Assembly: GCA_964244605.1 (NCBI GenBank)
Contig: CAXTJS010000002.1
Span: 3,884-46,616, forward strand
Reading direction: 5' to 3'
Length of the DNA: 42,733 bases
From: an uncultured Terriglobus sp.
GTDB taxonomy: Bacteria; Acidobacteriota; Terriglobia; Terriglobales; Acidobacteriaceae
A model generated the notes under the pieces. The model saw only the letters and a list, made by a program, of their open reading frames with translations, had not been told where the DNA came from and made no database searches. Shown piece by piece: positions 1-8,714 of the stretch (positions within the stretch are counted from its first letter, which is position 1; the number at the start of each line of letters is the position of its first letter). The position numbers and the translations under genes were made by a program.

Positions 1-1
1 C

Positions 2-1336
2 ATCATCGAGACCTCGTCGAAGAAGAAGCTGGCGGGTGAGGCGGTCGCGTACACGGTACTGCTGCTCACGGCCATCTACCCGGTGTGGTTTGCGCAGAGC
101 ACGCTCGCGCATGCCGACATCTTCGCCGCGGCGTGCACATTGTGGGCGCTCTCGTTCTATCTGGATCGGCCTGGCTGGGCGTTGTCCGCGTTCACCGGCA
201 AGAACACGGCGCTGGCAAACGCCATCAGCACCGGCGCGCTCTTTGCACTTGCGGCGCTCAGTAAAGAAACGGCGATCGTCGTTCCCGCGGCTCTCTTTCT
301 GTATCAACTATGGCTCGCATGGCGCGGCCCGCGTGAGCAACGCCGAGGGCACCTGCCCTGGCTGGTCGCGCTTGCCTTGCCCGTGTTGCCACTGCTTGCC
401 TGGTACGTCTATCACCACGCCGCCACCGGCTTCACCTTCGGCAATCCGGAGTACCTGCGCTACAACGCGACGGCGAACCTCTCCGCGACACGGGTGCTGC
501 TCTCGCTGTGGCACCGGCTGATCCACCTTACGGTGCACATGAACCTGTTTGTGCCGGTGCTGATGACGGTGGCCGTGCTGCTGCTGCCGCGCGACCGGAC
601 CAAGCCCGTGCTCGCGCGCGAGGTGACCGGTGCCATCCTCACGGTTCTGCTGGTGCACTGGCTCGCCTTTTCCGTGCTGGGCGGGGCGCTGCTGACGCGC
701 TACCTGCTGCCGGCATACCCGCTGGTATTGCTGCTGTGCGTGACCACCTGGCGGCAGCGGGCGCAGGCGTGGCCGGTGATCGCGGGTCTGTCGCTCGTCG
801 CATTTGCGCTCGGCTGCAGGATCAACCCGCCGTACCCGTTTGCGCCTGAGGACAACCTCACCTACCGCGACATGGTCGTGCTGCACCAGCAGGCCATCGC
901 TGTCGCGCAAAAGCGCTTCCCAGCCGCGACGGTGCTCAGCGCGTGGCCCGTAACGGCCGATCTGCAGAAGCCGGAGCTTGGCTACCTGCGCACGCCGATG
1001 CACACGGCTGAGATCGCCAACTTCACGCGCGAAGAGGTGGCCAAAGCCGCAGCCGAGCCCGGCAACTGTGACACGGCCATCGTCTTCTCCACCAAGTACA
1101 ACCCGCCTGCCGGCGGCATCAATCTGGCGGCGATGCACCAGGGCTCCGATGCGCTCTACTTCGACGCGCACCGAGACCTCATGCCCGACGAGATCGCCCG
1201 CGCATTGGGCGGAACGGTCGTGTGGCAGGCTGAGCGCAACGGCGAGTGGGCAGCCGTGCTGCGCTTCCATCGCGCCTACGAAGCGAAGGCAAGCACACCA
1301 CTTTCAGCACTGTCGGGGGCGGCCGCGCCACTATAA
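2..1336 (+). CDS. GT-C fold (ArnT/PMT-like, GT39/GT83-type) membrane glycosyltransferase, 5'-truncated by window edge
   Basis: Frame is open from position 2 (IIETSSKK...AIYPVWFAQS). Many TM segments; motifs 'LAALSKETA' and 'LTRYLLPAYP' are typical of GT-C proteins. Confidence 0.7.
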   Translation: MIETSSKKKLAGEAVAYTVLLLTAIYPVWFAQSTLAHADIFAAACTLWALSFYLDRPGWALSAFTGKNTALANAISTGALFALAALSKETAIVVPAALFLYQLWLAWRGPREQRRGHLPWLVALALPVLPLLAWYVYHHAATGFTFGNPEYLRYNATANLSATRVLLSLWHRLIHLTVHMNLFVPVLMTVAVLLLPRDRTKPVLAREVTGAILTVLLVHWLAFSVLGGALLTRYLLPAYPLVLLLCVTTWRQRAQAWPVIAGLSLVAFALGCRINPPYPFAPEDNLTYRDMVVLHQQAIAVAQKRFPAATVLSAWPVTADLQKPELGYLRTPMHTAEIANFTREEVAKAAAEPGNCDTAIVFSTKYNPPAGGINLAAMHQGSDALYFDAHRDLMPDEIARALGGTVVWQAERNGEWAAVLRFHRAYEAKASTPLSALSGAAAPL

Positions 1337-1337
1337 T
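1332..1337 (+). promoter_or_regulatory. -10 hexamer TATAAT, probable leaderless promoter of the TPR gene
   Basis: Perfect TATAAT 6 nt before in-frame GTG at 1344; no Shine-Dalgarno present. Confidence 0.55.
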
Positions 1338-1343
1338 CTCGGG

Positions 1344-2918
1344 GTGCGGACCCTTCGCCTCTTTGCCCGGCCTGTTTTGCTCCTCCTGCTGGTTCTTACC
1401 GCTTCGTCGCTCTTCGCGCAGGCAGAGGGCGGTGCCCATGTGCTGCTGGTGCTGCCTTTCGACAACCGCACCGGGCAGGCGAACCTCGACTGGGTCGGCG
1501 AGTCGTTCGCGGAAACCATCGACCAGCGCCTCAGTTCCGCAGGGTACCTCACCATCTCGCGCGACGACCGCGACTACGCGCTGGACCACCTGGGCCTGCC
1601 GCTCGGCTTCCGGCCTTCCCGCGCGACGACGGTACGGATCGCGCAAACGCTTGATGCGGAGTACGTCATCGTGGGTTCATTCAGCATGCAGGGCGAGCGC
1701 GTGACCGCGCAGGCGCAGGTGCTGCAGGTGAACCAGTTGCGCATGTCCAACCGGCTTGAGGACTCGATTGACCTGCCACGCCTTCTTGAGCTGGAGAACT
1801 CCATCGCGTGGCGCTGCGCGCGGCAGATCGACCCGAAGTTCTCCGTCGCATTAAGCACCTTTGTCGCAGCGTCGCAGGGCATCAAGCTCGACAGCTACGA
1901 GAACTACATCCGCGGCATCAGCACGCAGAACCAGGAAGAGCGCACTAAGCGGCTGCAGGCCGCTGTCGCCAGCACGCCGAACTACACCGCCGCGCTGCTC
2001 GCGCTCGGCAAGGCGCAGTATGTGAGCCGCGACTTTGATGCGGCAGCCGCCACCCTCGCCAAGGTTCCTGCTACCAGCCCTGCGGCGCTTGAGGCCAACT
2101 TCTATCGCGGGCTCTCGCGCTTCAACTATGCCAAGTATGCCGAGGCGGAGTCGGCGTTCGCCTTCGTCTCGGGGCGTCTGCCTCTGCCGGAAGTGGTGAA
2201 CGATCAGGCCGTCGCGCAGGCTCGCCAGAAGAAGGATGCGACCTCGCTGCTGCAGCGCGCAAGTTCCGAAGACCCGCAGGATCCCGAGTACCACTACAAC
2301 ATCGCCGTGAGCATGCGCCGTCGCGGCAACCTGCAAGGCGCGCGCACAGAGGCCGACCAGGCCGTGAAGCTGCGCCCCGCGGACAACGAGGCAAAGCTGC
2401 TCGCAGGTGTACTTGCCGGTACGACGGCTGCACCCGCCGGGTTTGACCCGCAGGAGCGCATCCGGCGCACCTACTCCGGGGCGGGCGTGCGGCAGGCGGC
2501 CTTTCAGCTCGACCAGCTGCGCCAAGCCAAGAACGACCAGCTACCGCCGGCAGCGCGGGCCGAAACGCTGGCGCTTGCAGGTGGCGAGTACCTCGGCTCC
2601 GGCCTCTTGCTGGAGGCGGAGCGCGAGTTTCAGCAGGCCATCGCCGCCGATCCCAAATCTGCGACGGCGCACCTTGGGCTGGCGCAGGTGCGTGAGCGCT
2701 CCGGCAATTTCGCCGATGCGCGCACGGAAGCGCAGCAGTCTGTGCAGCTGAAGCCGACCGTGGCCGCGTACCTCCTGCTTGCCCGGCTTGACCTGCAGGG
2801 CAACCAGCTTGCGGCCAGCGCCTCAGACGTGGGTAATGCCCTGCGTCTTGAGCCGAACAACAGTGCGGCTGCAAACATGCGTGACGTGTTGCGCGCGCGT
2901 GGGCAAGCCATTCCATGA
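1344..2918 (+). CDS. Secreted TPR protein with N-terminal TolB-N/FlgO-like domain
   Basis: Start re-called at GTG 1344 (signal peptide ...LLLLLVLTASSLFAQ) rather than 978; 'LLVLPFDNRTG..LDWVGESFAE' domain followed by multiple TPR helices. Confidence 0.8.
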   Translation: MRTLRLFARPVLLLLLVLTASSLFAQAEGGAHVLLVLPFDNRTGQANLDWVGESFAETIDQRLSSAGYLTISRDDRDYALDHLGLPLGFRPSRATTVRIAQTLDAEYVIVGSFSMQGERVTAQAQVLQVNQLRMSNRLEDSIDLPRLLELENSIAWRCARQIDPKFSVALSTFVAASQGIKLDSYENYIRGISTQNQEERTKRLQAAVASTPNYTAALLALGKAQYVSRDFDAAAATLAKVPATSPAALEANFYRGLSRFNYAKYAEAESAFAFVSGRLPLPEVVNDQAVAQARQKKDATSLLQRASSEDPQDPEYHYNIAVSMRRRGNLQGARTEADQAVKLRPADNEAKLLAGVLAGTTAAPAGFDPQERIRRTYSGAGVRQAAFQLDQLRQAKNDQLPPAARAETLALAGGEYLGSGLLLEAEREFQQAIAADPKSATAHLGLAQVRERSGNFADARTEAQQSVQLKPTVAAYLLLARLDLQGNQLAASASDVGNALRLEPNNSAAANMRDVLRARGQAIP

Positions 2919-4234
2919 GCCGGGCGCTTGCGGTGGCCGGCTGTACGGTGGCCGCGCTGCTCTTCTTCGCAACCGAAGCATTCGGCCGGCAAGCGTCCGT
3001 TCGGTCTCGCGTCATTGAAATCGTTTTGCATAACACGCTGCAGCCGATGAGCACGACATCACTGCAGCAAAGCCTTGACCAAGCCAACGCGCAGCAACCC
3101 GCAGCGATCCTGCTCAACCTCAGTTCGCCGGGCGGCACGGTCGAGAGCGCGTCGGCGATGGTGCGCTCGATTGAGCAGTCGGCTGCTCCGGTCATTGTGT
3201 ACGTGCGTGAGCCCCAGACCAAGGTCTCCGGAGAAGCCCTGCTGCTGCTGAACGCCGGCGCGGTAAGCGCGATGCACCCAGATAGCATGCTTGAGACGCT
3301 GCACCCGGCAGGGCTGCCGTGGGGCCATGCGGAGCATGCAGAGCAGGTGGCGCTGTGGACCGCCGCGCTCCAGGCACAGTTCGTGGCGAAGGGCCGTCCG
3401 CTGACCGTCTTCTCAGGCCTGTTTGCCGGTAGCGACACCATGACGGCGCAAGAGGCGCTACGAAGCGGCTTGATCGACGCAACCGACCGCACCGATGAGC
3501 TCCTGCTGAACCACCTGGACGGTCGCAGGGTACGCCTCAACAACGGCCGGTACACGACGTTGCACCTGCAGGACCATGTGCTGCAGCAGGTACCGCTGTC
3601 GCAGCGGGAGCACCTGATGCGGGCGCTCATGAACCCCGACCTGACGATCTTGCTGCTCACACTCGGCGCGCTGCTGATCTATCTGGAAATCAACACACCG
3701 GGGGGCGTAGTGCCGGGCGTTGCCGGTTTGATGTTGGTGCTGCTGGCGGGCTACGCCTTCGCGCACATGCCGCTGCGTTGGGAGGGGATCTTGCTGCTCT
3801 GTGTCTCCCTCGCGCTGATGCTGTATGAAAGCCATTTCCGGCGCGGCACGGCCGTGGCGCTCGCAGGCGTAGCTTGCCTGGTGATCGGGCTCCGGCTGCT
3901 GGTGCGCGGGCCTATCCCGGAACTTCAGGTCGACTGGAGCACTGCCGTCGGCGCGGGCCTTGGCTTCGGCGGCATCACAGCGGGCCTGCTCTTGCTGGGC
4001 ATGCGCGCCCGGCAGGCCAAAGTGAAGACCGGCGCCGAAGCGATGGTCGGCTGGCTGGCCGTGGCACAAACGCCGCTTGCGCCGGAAGGGCAGGTGCTGG
4101 TGCGCGGCGAGTTGTGGAGCGCCATGCTCGACGCCGGAGCAGTGCACCTCGGCATTGGCGAGTGCGTCACCGTCAGGCGCTTTACAGGCGACACCCTTGT
4201 GGTCGCGCCGCTGCCCGCGCCGGGCCAGGCCTGA
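2915..4234 (+). CDS. nfeD: NfeD family membrane protein (long form: ClpP-like domain, TM region, C-terminal OB fold)
   Basis: 'LNLSSPGG', 'LEINTPGGVVPGVAG', 'TGAEAMVG', 'PEGQVLVRGELWSA'; ATGA overlap with the upstream gene. Confidence 0.85.
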   Translation: MSRALAVAGCTVAALLFFATEAFGRQASVRSRVIEIVLHNTLQPMSTTSLQQSLDQANAQQPAAILLNLSSPGGTVESASAMVRSIEQSAAPVIVYVREPQTKVSGEALLLLNAGAVSAMHPDSMLETLHPAGLPWGHAEHAEQVALWTAALQAQFVAKGRPLTVFSGLFAGSDTMTAQEALRSGLIDATDRTDELLLNHLDGRRVRLNNGRYTTLHLQDHVLQQVPLSQREHLMRALMNPDLTILLLTLGALLIYLEINTPGGVVPGVAGLMLVLLAGYAFAHMPLRWEGILLLCVSLALMLYESHFRRGTAVALAGVACLVIGLRLLVRGPIPELQVDWSTAVGAGLGFGGITAGLLLLGMRARQAKVKTGAEAMVGWLAVAQTPLAPEGQVLVRGELWSAMLDAGAVHLGIGECVTVRRFTGDTLVVAPLPAPGQA

Positions 4235-4287
4235 GTTCCTCCGCGTGGAAAAGCGTGGTGGTACTGCTTAGGAGCGGTGCGCTCAGC

Positions 4288-4403
4288 TAGAGCATTTCTC
4301 CTGAAGGTGTGGAACGAAATGGAGATGCTCGGGCCAGTTTTCATCAAGAAAACTGGCGTTCGGACGCTCCGTCCAGTACCACGTCATCAGGAGAAATGCT
4401 CTA
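4288..4403. mobile_element. 116-bp MITE-like palindromic element with 17-bp terminal inverted repeats
   Basis: TAGAGCATTTCTCCTGA (4288-4304) / TCAGGAGAAATGCTCTA (4387-4403) perfect IR with TA at both ends; central hairpin GCCAGTTTTC-atcaa-GAAAACTGGC (4333-4357). Confidence 0.7.
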
Positions 4404-4436
4404 AACTGGCAGCGTGAGGTTTTGCAGTTGAAGCTG

Positions 4437-5126
4437 ATGCGGTTCCGTTCTTCCCTCCTTTCATTGCTCGTTGCAACCACGGCTCCCTTTCTGGCGAGCA
4501 GCGCTTCCGCACAGGCGACTGCCGGCAACGTGCCGCCGACGCGCTTTGAGCGCTTCATCGGGCACTTCGACCTTGGCATCTCCGCAACGGGCGAGTTCAC
4601 GAAGACTGTGTCCGGCGCGACGCAGAACACGCTTTCCCCAAGCGGCACGCTAAGCCAGCGGGCGAGCAGCACCGTGGGAGCCATGGCCACGATCCGCGCG
4701 CAGAAGTCGCCCTATGTGGGTGGCGAGTTCAACTTCCGCTACGCGCGCTATAACCAGGACTTCACCTTCACCGGCGGCCAGGTTCCGAACTTCTCCGCAC
4801 AGAACACGGCGAACGAGTTCACGCTGGGCTACCTGGCGCGGCCCGATCACCCGTTGTTTGGAACGCAGCCCTACATCGGCGCGGGCGCGGGCAGCATCGA
4901 GTTCAAGCCGACGCGCAACGGCGGCCAGAACCTGCCGGTGCAGGCGCGCGCGGCTTACTATTACACCGCCGGTGTGGAAGCGCCGGTCTACGGCGAAACT
5001 TTGGGCATTCGCGTTGGGTTTCGACAGGTGTTTTACCTTGCGCCTGATTTTGGCCAGAATTATTTGAAGAACAAGAAGCTGACCAACTCCGCCGAGCCGA
5101 CCATCGGCCTGTACTTTCACTTCTAA
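4437..5126 (+). CDS. Small outer-membrane beta-barrel protein
   Basis: Signal peptide (MRFRSSLLSLLVATTAPFLASSASAQ), amphipathic strands such as 'QPYIGAGAG', C-terminal 'IGLYFHF'. Start is ATG 4437 or TTG 4422. Confidence 0.75.
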   Translation: MRFRSSLLSLLVATTAPFLASSASAQATAGNVPPTRFERFIGHFDLGISATGEFTKTVSGATQNTLSPSGTLSQRASSTVGAMATIRAQKSPYVGGEFNFRYARYNQDFTFTGGQVPNFSAQNTANEFTLGYLARPDHPLFGTQPYIGAGAGSIEFKPTRNGGQNLPVQARAAYYYTAGVEAPVYGETLGIRVGFRQVFYLAPDFGQNYLKNKKLTNSAEPTIGLYFHF

Positions 5127-5164
5127 CGCAGGCTGCACTCCGGTCTGCCGCATCCGAGCCCCTC

Positions 5165-5968
5165 ATGAACCGCCTTGCCGACGACGAAACCGAAGACGAT
5201 CTGACACTGCCGCAACGCCCGCGCCGGCCAGACACGCGCTACAGGCGTCCGGACACGCGGGAAGAGATGGCGCGCGAGATGGCTCCAGAGCAGGACCGCG
5301 AGTTCACCCTCAGCACCGGCACCGTGTTGGCACTGTTTTTTGCGCTTGCCCTGATCTGCGCGGTCTTCTTCGGTTTTGGGTACAGCATGGGCCGCAAGTC
5401 AGCGGTGTCGTCTGAAACGGCAAGCGCTGCCACGGCGGACACGGCTCCCCCTGAGGTCGTTACCCCCAAGCCGTCCGCCGGTTCGCCGGCGATCCAGCCC
5501 ATCCCCGGGTACCTGTCCCAGGGGGCCGCCGACGCCGCCAACCGGAATGGCGCGACCCCGTCGTACAAGCCGACGACCAATGCAGACGGGACGAAGGTGA
5601 CGATTCCGACGCCTTCCACCACGCCTGCAGCGAAGCCTGCGGTAGAAGCGACGGACGACTCAGGCATTGTGGAAGCGCCGGTCGCAAAGCCCGTAGTGAA
5701 GCCCACACCTTCCACCGCAGTCGCGCCCGTTGCGGCCGACCCAGCCTCCGCCACGCCCGTCTACGTGCAGATCGCGGCGGTCAGCCACCAGGAAGACGCC
5801 AACGTGCTGCTGAGCGCGCTCAAGCGTCGCGGCTACAGCGTCTTTACGCGCTCCAGCGACGCAGACAAACTCATCCATGTGCAGGTGGGGCCGTTCAACG
5901 GCAAGAAGGACGCCGAGGTCATGCGGCAGAAGCTGCTTGGCGACGGCTACAACGCTATTTTGAAGTGA
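5165..5968 (+). CDS. SPOR-domain cell division protein (DedD/FtsN-like)
   Basis: Single TM helix, Pro/Ala/Thr linker, C-terminal SPOR 'VYVQIAAVS...VQVGPF...AEVMRQKL..DGYNAILK'. Confidence 0.9.
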   Translation: MNRLADDETEDDLTLPQRPRRPDTRYRRPDTREEMAREMAPEQDREFTLSTGTVLALFFALALICAVFFGFGYSMGRKSAVSSETASAATADTAPPEVVTPKPSAGSPAIQPIPGYLSQGAADAANRNGATPSYKPTTNADGTKVTIPTPSTTPAAKPAVEATDDSGIVEAPVAKPVVKPTPSTAVAPVAADPASATPVYVQIAAVSHQEDANVLLSALKRRGYSVFTRSSDADKLIHVQVGPFNGKKDAEVMRQKLLGDGYNAILK

Positions 5969-6113
5969 AGTTCTCTTACCCGCAACTCTGATCGACAACC
6001 GTTGACAGCACTTGAGTGTGAGGCTTTGTCTGTGCCGGCCTGCCAGACTGCAGCGCGGCCTTCAGCCTTCCCCTGCAACGACAGCCTTTTCTACGAGCAG
6101 AGCTCGCGCTCTG

Positions 6114-6201
6114 AGGGCCAAGGGCCCGTTAAATACCAGCCTAGGCCGGAGGCCTAGGTATCAGTGGCAAAGAAGCCTGAGCGCTGAAGGCGCGATCCAT
6201 A
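6114..6201 (+). repeat. Three-hairpin REP-like element, family A copy 1
   Basis: GGGCC-aag-GGCCC, CCTAGGCC-gga-GGCCTAGG, GCGC-tgaag-GCGC; homologous to 13901-13988 on the minus strand. Confidence 0.75.
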
Positions 6202-6290
6202 GACGTACAAGTCTCGGGCAAGCGTCTCAGACCCTTTCACTTCTGGATCCGTTCCCTACGGTGTAGCCTTTGTCGGTCCTGCCTTTGCAT

Positions 6291-6418
6291 CGTCATTTCG
6301 ACCGGAGCGACGGGCTGTATCGTCGCGGAGCGGAGAAACCTGCTGTTTGCCCAGACAGCGACGGCCCTCAAAGGAAAAGCAGGTTTCTCCGCTACGCTGC
6401 GCTTCGGTCGAAATGACG
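6291..6418. repeat. Long palindromic REP/REPIN-like element, family B copy 1
   Basis: CGTCATTTCGACCGGAGCG ... CGCTTCGGTCGAAATGACG termini; inner IR GCGGAGAAACCTGCT/AGCAGGTTTCTCCGC; second copy at 16057-16186. Confidence 0.85.
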
Positions 6419-6508
6419 TTGTAAAGGGAGCCCGAGCTAAACCCAAAGGGAAACGGCTTAGGCGTAGGGATAACATCGAGGCGTACCTACACCTGCTGGG
6501 AAGATGGT

Positions 6509-7243
6509 CTAGCTCTCTTCAGCTACGCCGACCAACGGATGCATTTCGGCCGGAAGTTCGTTGAGGATCGCGTTGCGCACCGCACGGAGCAGGGCATCTC
6601 TGTCCGGCACCGACTTCGGATCGATCGCCGGCAGGAAGCGGATGTGTGCGGTGCCAGGAATGACCGCAGCGCTGCCCTTGCGCAACATGCGCTCCGTACC
6701 GAAAATGGCTACCGGCACGATGGGCGCGCCGGTTGATTGGGCCAGGTGAAACGGCCCGCGCTTGAAGGGCAAGAGCCGTCCGGTTCGTGAGCGCGTTCCC
6801 TCGATAAAGATCAGCAACGATAGACCGCTCTCAATCGCGGCTGCGGCAGCCTTTGCGCTCTGCAACGCGCTCCCGCGATTGCCGTCGCGCTCCACGGGCA
6901 CGAACTTACCCAGCCGCATCGCAGACCCGAGAAAGGGAATGCGCATGAGGGAATTTTTCAGCATGACCGATGGCGTACCCGGCAGCATGGGTATAAGCGC
7001 CGGCGGGTCGAGGTTGCTGACGTGGTTCGCCATGTAGATGCAGGGCCGGTCCGTGGGAATGTGCTCGCGACCGCTCACGTCGAAGCGGATACCGGCGGCA
7101 CGGAGGCCTAAGTGGGCGATCCGCTGACCGACGCTGTAAAGGGGGCGCATTTTGCGCGTCAGCAGCGTCCACGGAATGCCGATGAGCCCGGCCGGGACTC
7201 CCAGACCAATGAAGACGACGAGCATGCAAAATGTCGCGAACAT
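6509..7243 (-). CDS. plsC: 1-acyl-sn-glycerol-3-phosphate acyltransferase family protein
   Basis: 'ANHVSNLD' (HxxxxD), 'FIEGTRS', 'PFKRG', 'PIVPVAI' motifs. Confidence 0.9.
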   Translation of the reverse strand: MFATFCMLVVFIGLGVPAGLIGIPWTLLTRKMRPLYSVGQRIAHLGLRAAGIRFDVSGREHIPTDRPCIYMANHVSNLDPPALIPMLPGTPSVMLKNSLMRIPFLGSAMRLGKFVPVERDGNRGSALQSAKAAAAAIESGLSLLIFIEGTRSRTGRLLPFKRGPFHLAQSTGAPIVPVAIFGTERMLRKGSAAVIPGTAHIRFLPAIDPKSVPDRDALLRAVRNAILNELPAEMHPLVGVAEES

Positions 7244-7248
7244 CTGCG

Positions 7249-8697
7249 CTACACCTTCGCGGATGCTTGATCGGCGATGGCCCTTGGCAGCTTCGTATAG
7301 ATGTCGCCAAAGCCGCCGTTGCTGAGGATGGCGACGACGTCACCCTCATGCAGCGTGGGTGCAAGCGTTGCGGCGATGGCATCCGCATCGGGCAGGAGCT
7401 GCGCCGGTGTGCCGAGCTGGTTCAACGCGTGCACCACGCGCTGTGGCTCCAGGCGCTCCTCGGCGGGGATGCTCTCCTGCTTGAAGACGTTTGCGAGCAC
7501 CACCTCATTCGCGGCAGAGAGGCTATCAACAAGATCCTGCTCGAAGACGTTGCGCCGCAGCGTGTTGGAGCGCGGTTCAAGCACGGCGACGAGCCGCCGG
7601 CCCGGGTAGGCGGAGCGCAGTGCGCGCAGCGTCTCACGGATGGCGGTGGGATGGTGCGCAAAGTCGTCGATAACGGTGATGCCGTGCACCTCGGCGCGCA
7701 CTTCGAGCCTGCGCTTGACGGAGCGGAAGGTGCGCAGCGCCTCGGCAATCGCTTCCGCGACAATGCCCTGCCCTGCCGCGAGCGCGGCGGCGGCTGTGGC
7801 GTTGAGCGCGTTGTGCTCACCGGCCATGGGCAGTTCAAGGTTTGCGAAGTGGTGGCCCTGCCGCAACTGCGTCCATCGGCTCGTGCTGCCCGGCTGAAAG
7901 CCCGTGATCTGCCAATGCGAGCTCGGCTCAAAGCCGTACCGCTCCACCGGGCAGAACGCGCGGGAGACGCACTCCGTCACATTCGCGCTGCGGTCAAAGG
8001 CGACGATGCGGCCTCGGCGCGGCAGAAGGTTGACGAGCCGCTTGAAGGCCGTCTTCACCTGCTCCAAATCCGCATAGATGTCGGCGTGGTCGAACTCCAC
8101 ATGCGTGAGGATCAGCGCGTCCGGAAAGTAATGCAGGAACTTCGGTCCCTTGTCGAAGAAGGCCGTGTCGTATTCGTCTCCTTCCAGGATGAAAGGCCTG
8201 GTCCCGGGCCGGACGCGGTAGCTGGTGCCGAAGTTCTCTGCCACGCCGCCGACCAGAAAGCTGGGTGCCAGCTCCGGCTGTGTCTTCGCCGCGACCTCGT
8301 AGATCCAGCTCAGCATGCTGGTCGTCGTTGTCTTGCCGTGCGTGCCGCTGACTACAAGCGGCTCACGCGCGCGCAGGAACTCGTCGTGGATCATGGCGGC
8401 CATGCTGCAGAACGGGATGCGCCGGTCGAGCACCACCTCAAGCTCAGGATTGCCGCGCGAGATGGCATTACCCACCACGACGAGGTCGGGTGCCGGCGAA
8501 AGGTGCGCCTCGTCATACGGCTGCATCAACGGAATGCCCATGCCGGCGAGCTGGTCGCTCATGGGCGGGTACGCACCCGCGTCAGACCCGGTAATGGTGT
8601 GCCCCTGCGCCTGCAGCATGCCGGCGAGCGAGGCCATGGCCGTGCCGCAAATACCGATCAGGTGGATGTGGCGGCGCTGCGGGTCGGTGTAGGGCAT
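7249..8697 (-). CDS. mpl: Murein peptide ligase (UDP-MurNAc:L-Ala-gamma-D-Glu-meso-DAP ligase)
   Basis: 'HLIGICGTAMASLA', 'YPPMS', 'GTHGKTTT', 'EGDEYDTAFFDK', 'DDFAHHPTAI', 'EPRSNT', 'SNGGFG'. Confidence 0.93.
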   Translation of the reverse strand: MPYTDPQRRHIHLIGICGTAMASLAGMLQAQGHTITGSDAGAYPPMSDQLAGMGIPLMQPYDEAHLSPAPDLVVVGNAISRGNPELEVVLDRRIPFCSMAAMIHDEFLRAREPLVVSGTHGKTTTTSMLSWIYEVAAKTQPELAPSFLVGGVAENFGTSYRVRPGTRPFILEGDEYDTAFFDKGPKFLHYFPDALILTHVEFDHADIYADLEQVKTAFKRLVNLLPRRGRIVAFDRSANVTECVSRAFCPVERYGFEPSSHWQITGFQPGSTSRWTQLRQGHHFANLELPMAGEHNALNATAAAALAAGQGIVAEAIAEALRTFRSVKRRLEVRAEVHGITVIDDFAHHPTAIRETLRALRSAYPGRRLVAVLEPRSNTLRRNVFEQDLVDSLSAANEVVLANVFKQESIPAEERLEPQRVVHALNQLGTPAQLLPDADAIAATLAPTLHEGDVVAILSNGGFGDIYTKLPRAIADQASAKV

Positions 8698-8703
8698 CGG
8701 TCC

Positions 8704-8709
8704 AGTTTA
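8704..8709 (-). promoter_or_regulatory. -10 hexamer TAAACT, probable leaderless promoter of mpl
   Basis: On the minus strand: TAAACT-ggaccg-ATG (6-nt spacer), no SD. Confidence 0.5.
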
Positions 8710-8714
8710 GAGCG

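Noticed and set aside
978-1343. N-terminal extensions in the ORF track (978 for TPR; likewise 10280 for ldcA, 12423, 18091, 15111, 32125)
   Set aside because: They overlap neighbouring genes or regulatory DNA; signal peptides, SD sites or family N-termini point to the downstream starts.
6012-6476. Small ORFs 6012-6266 (+), 6237-6476 (-) and 15960-16232 (+)
   Set aside because: They read through REP palindromes and lack SD sites or protein-like composition.
5969-6508. CRISPR array in the repeat-rich spacer
   Set aside because: Repeats are inverted rather than regularly spaced direct repeats, and no cas genes are present.
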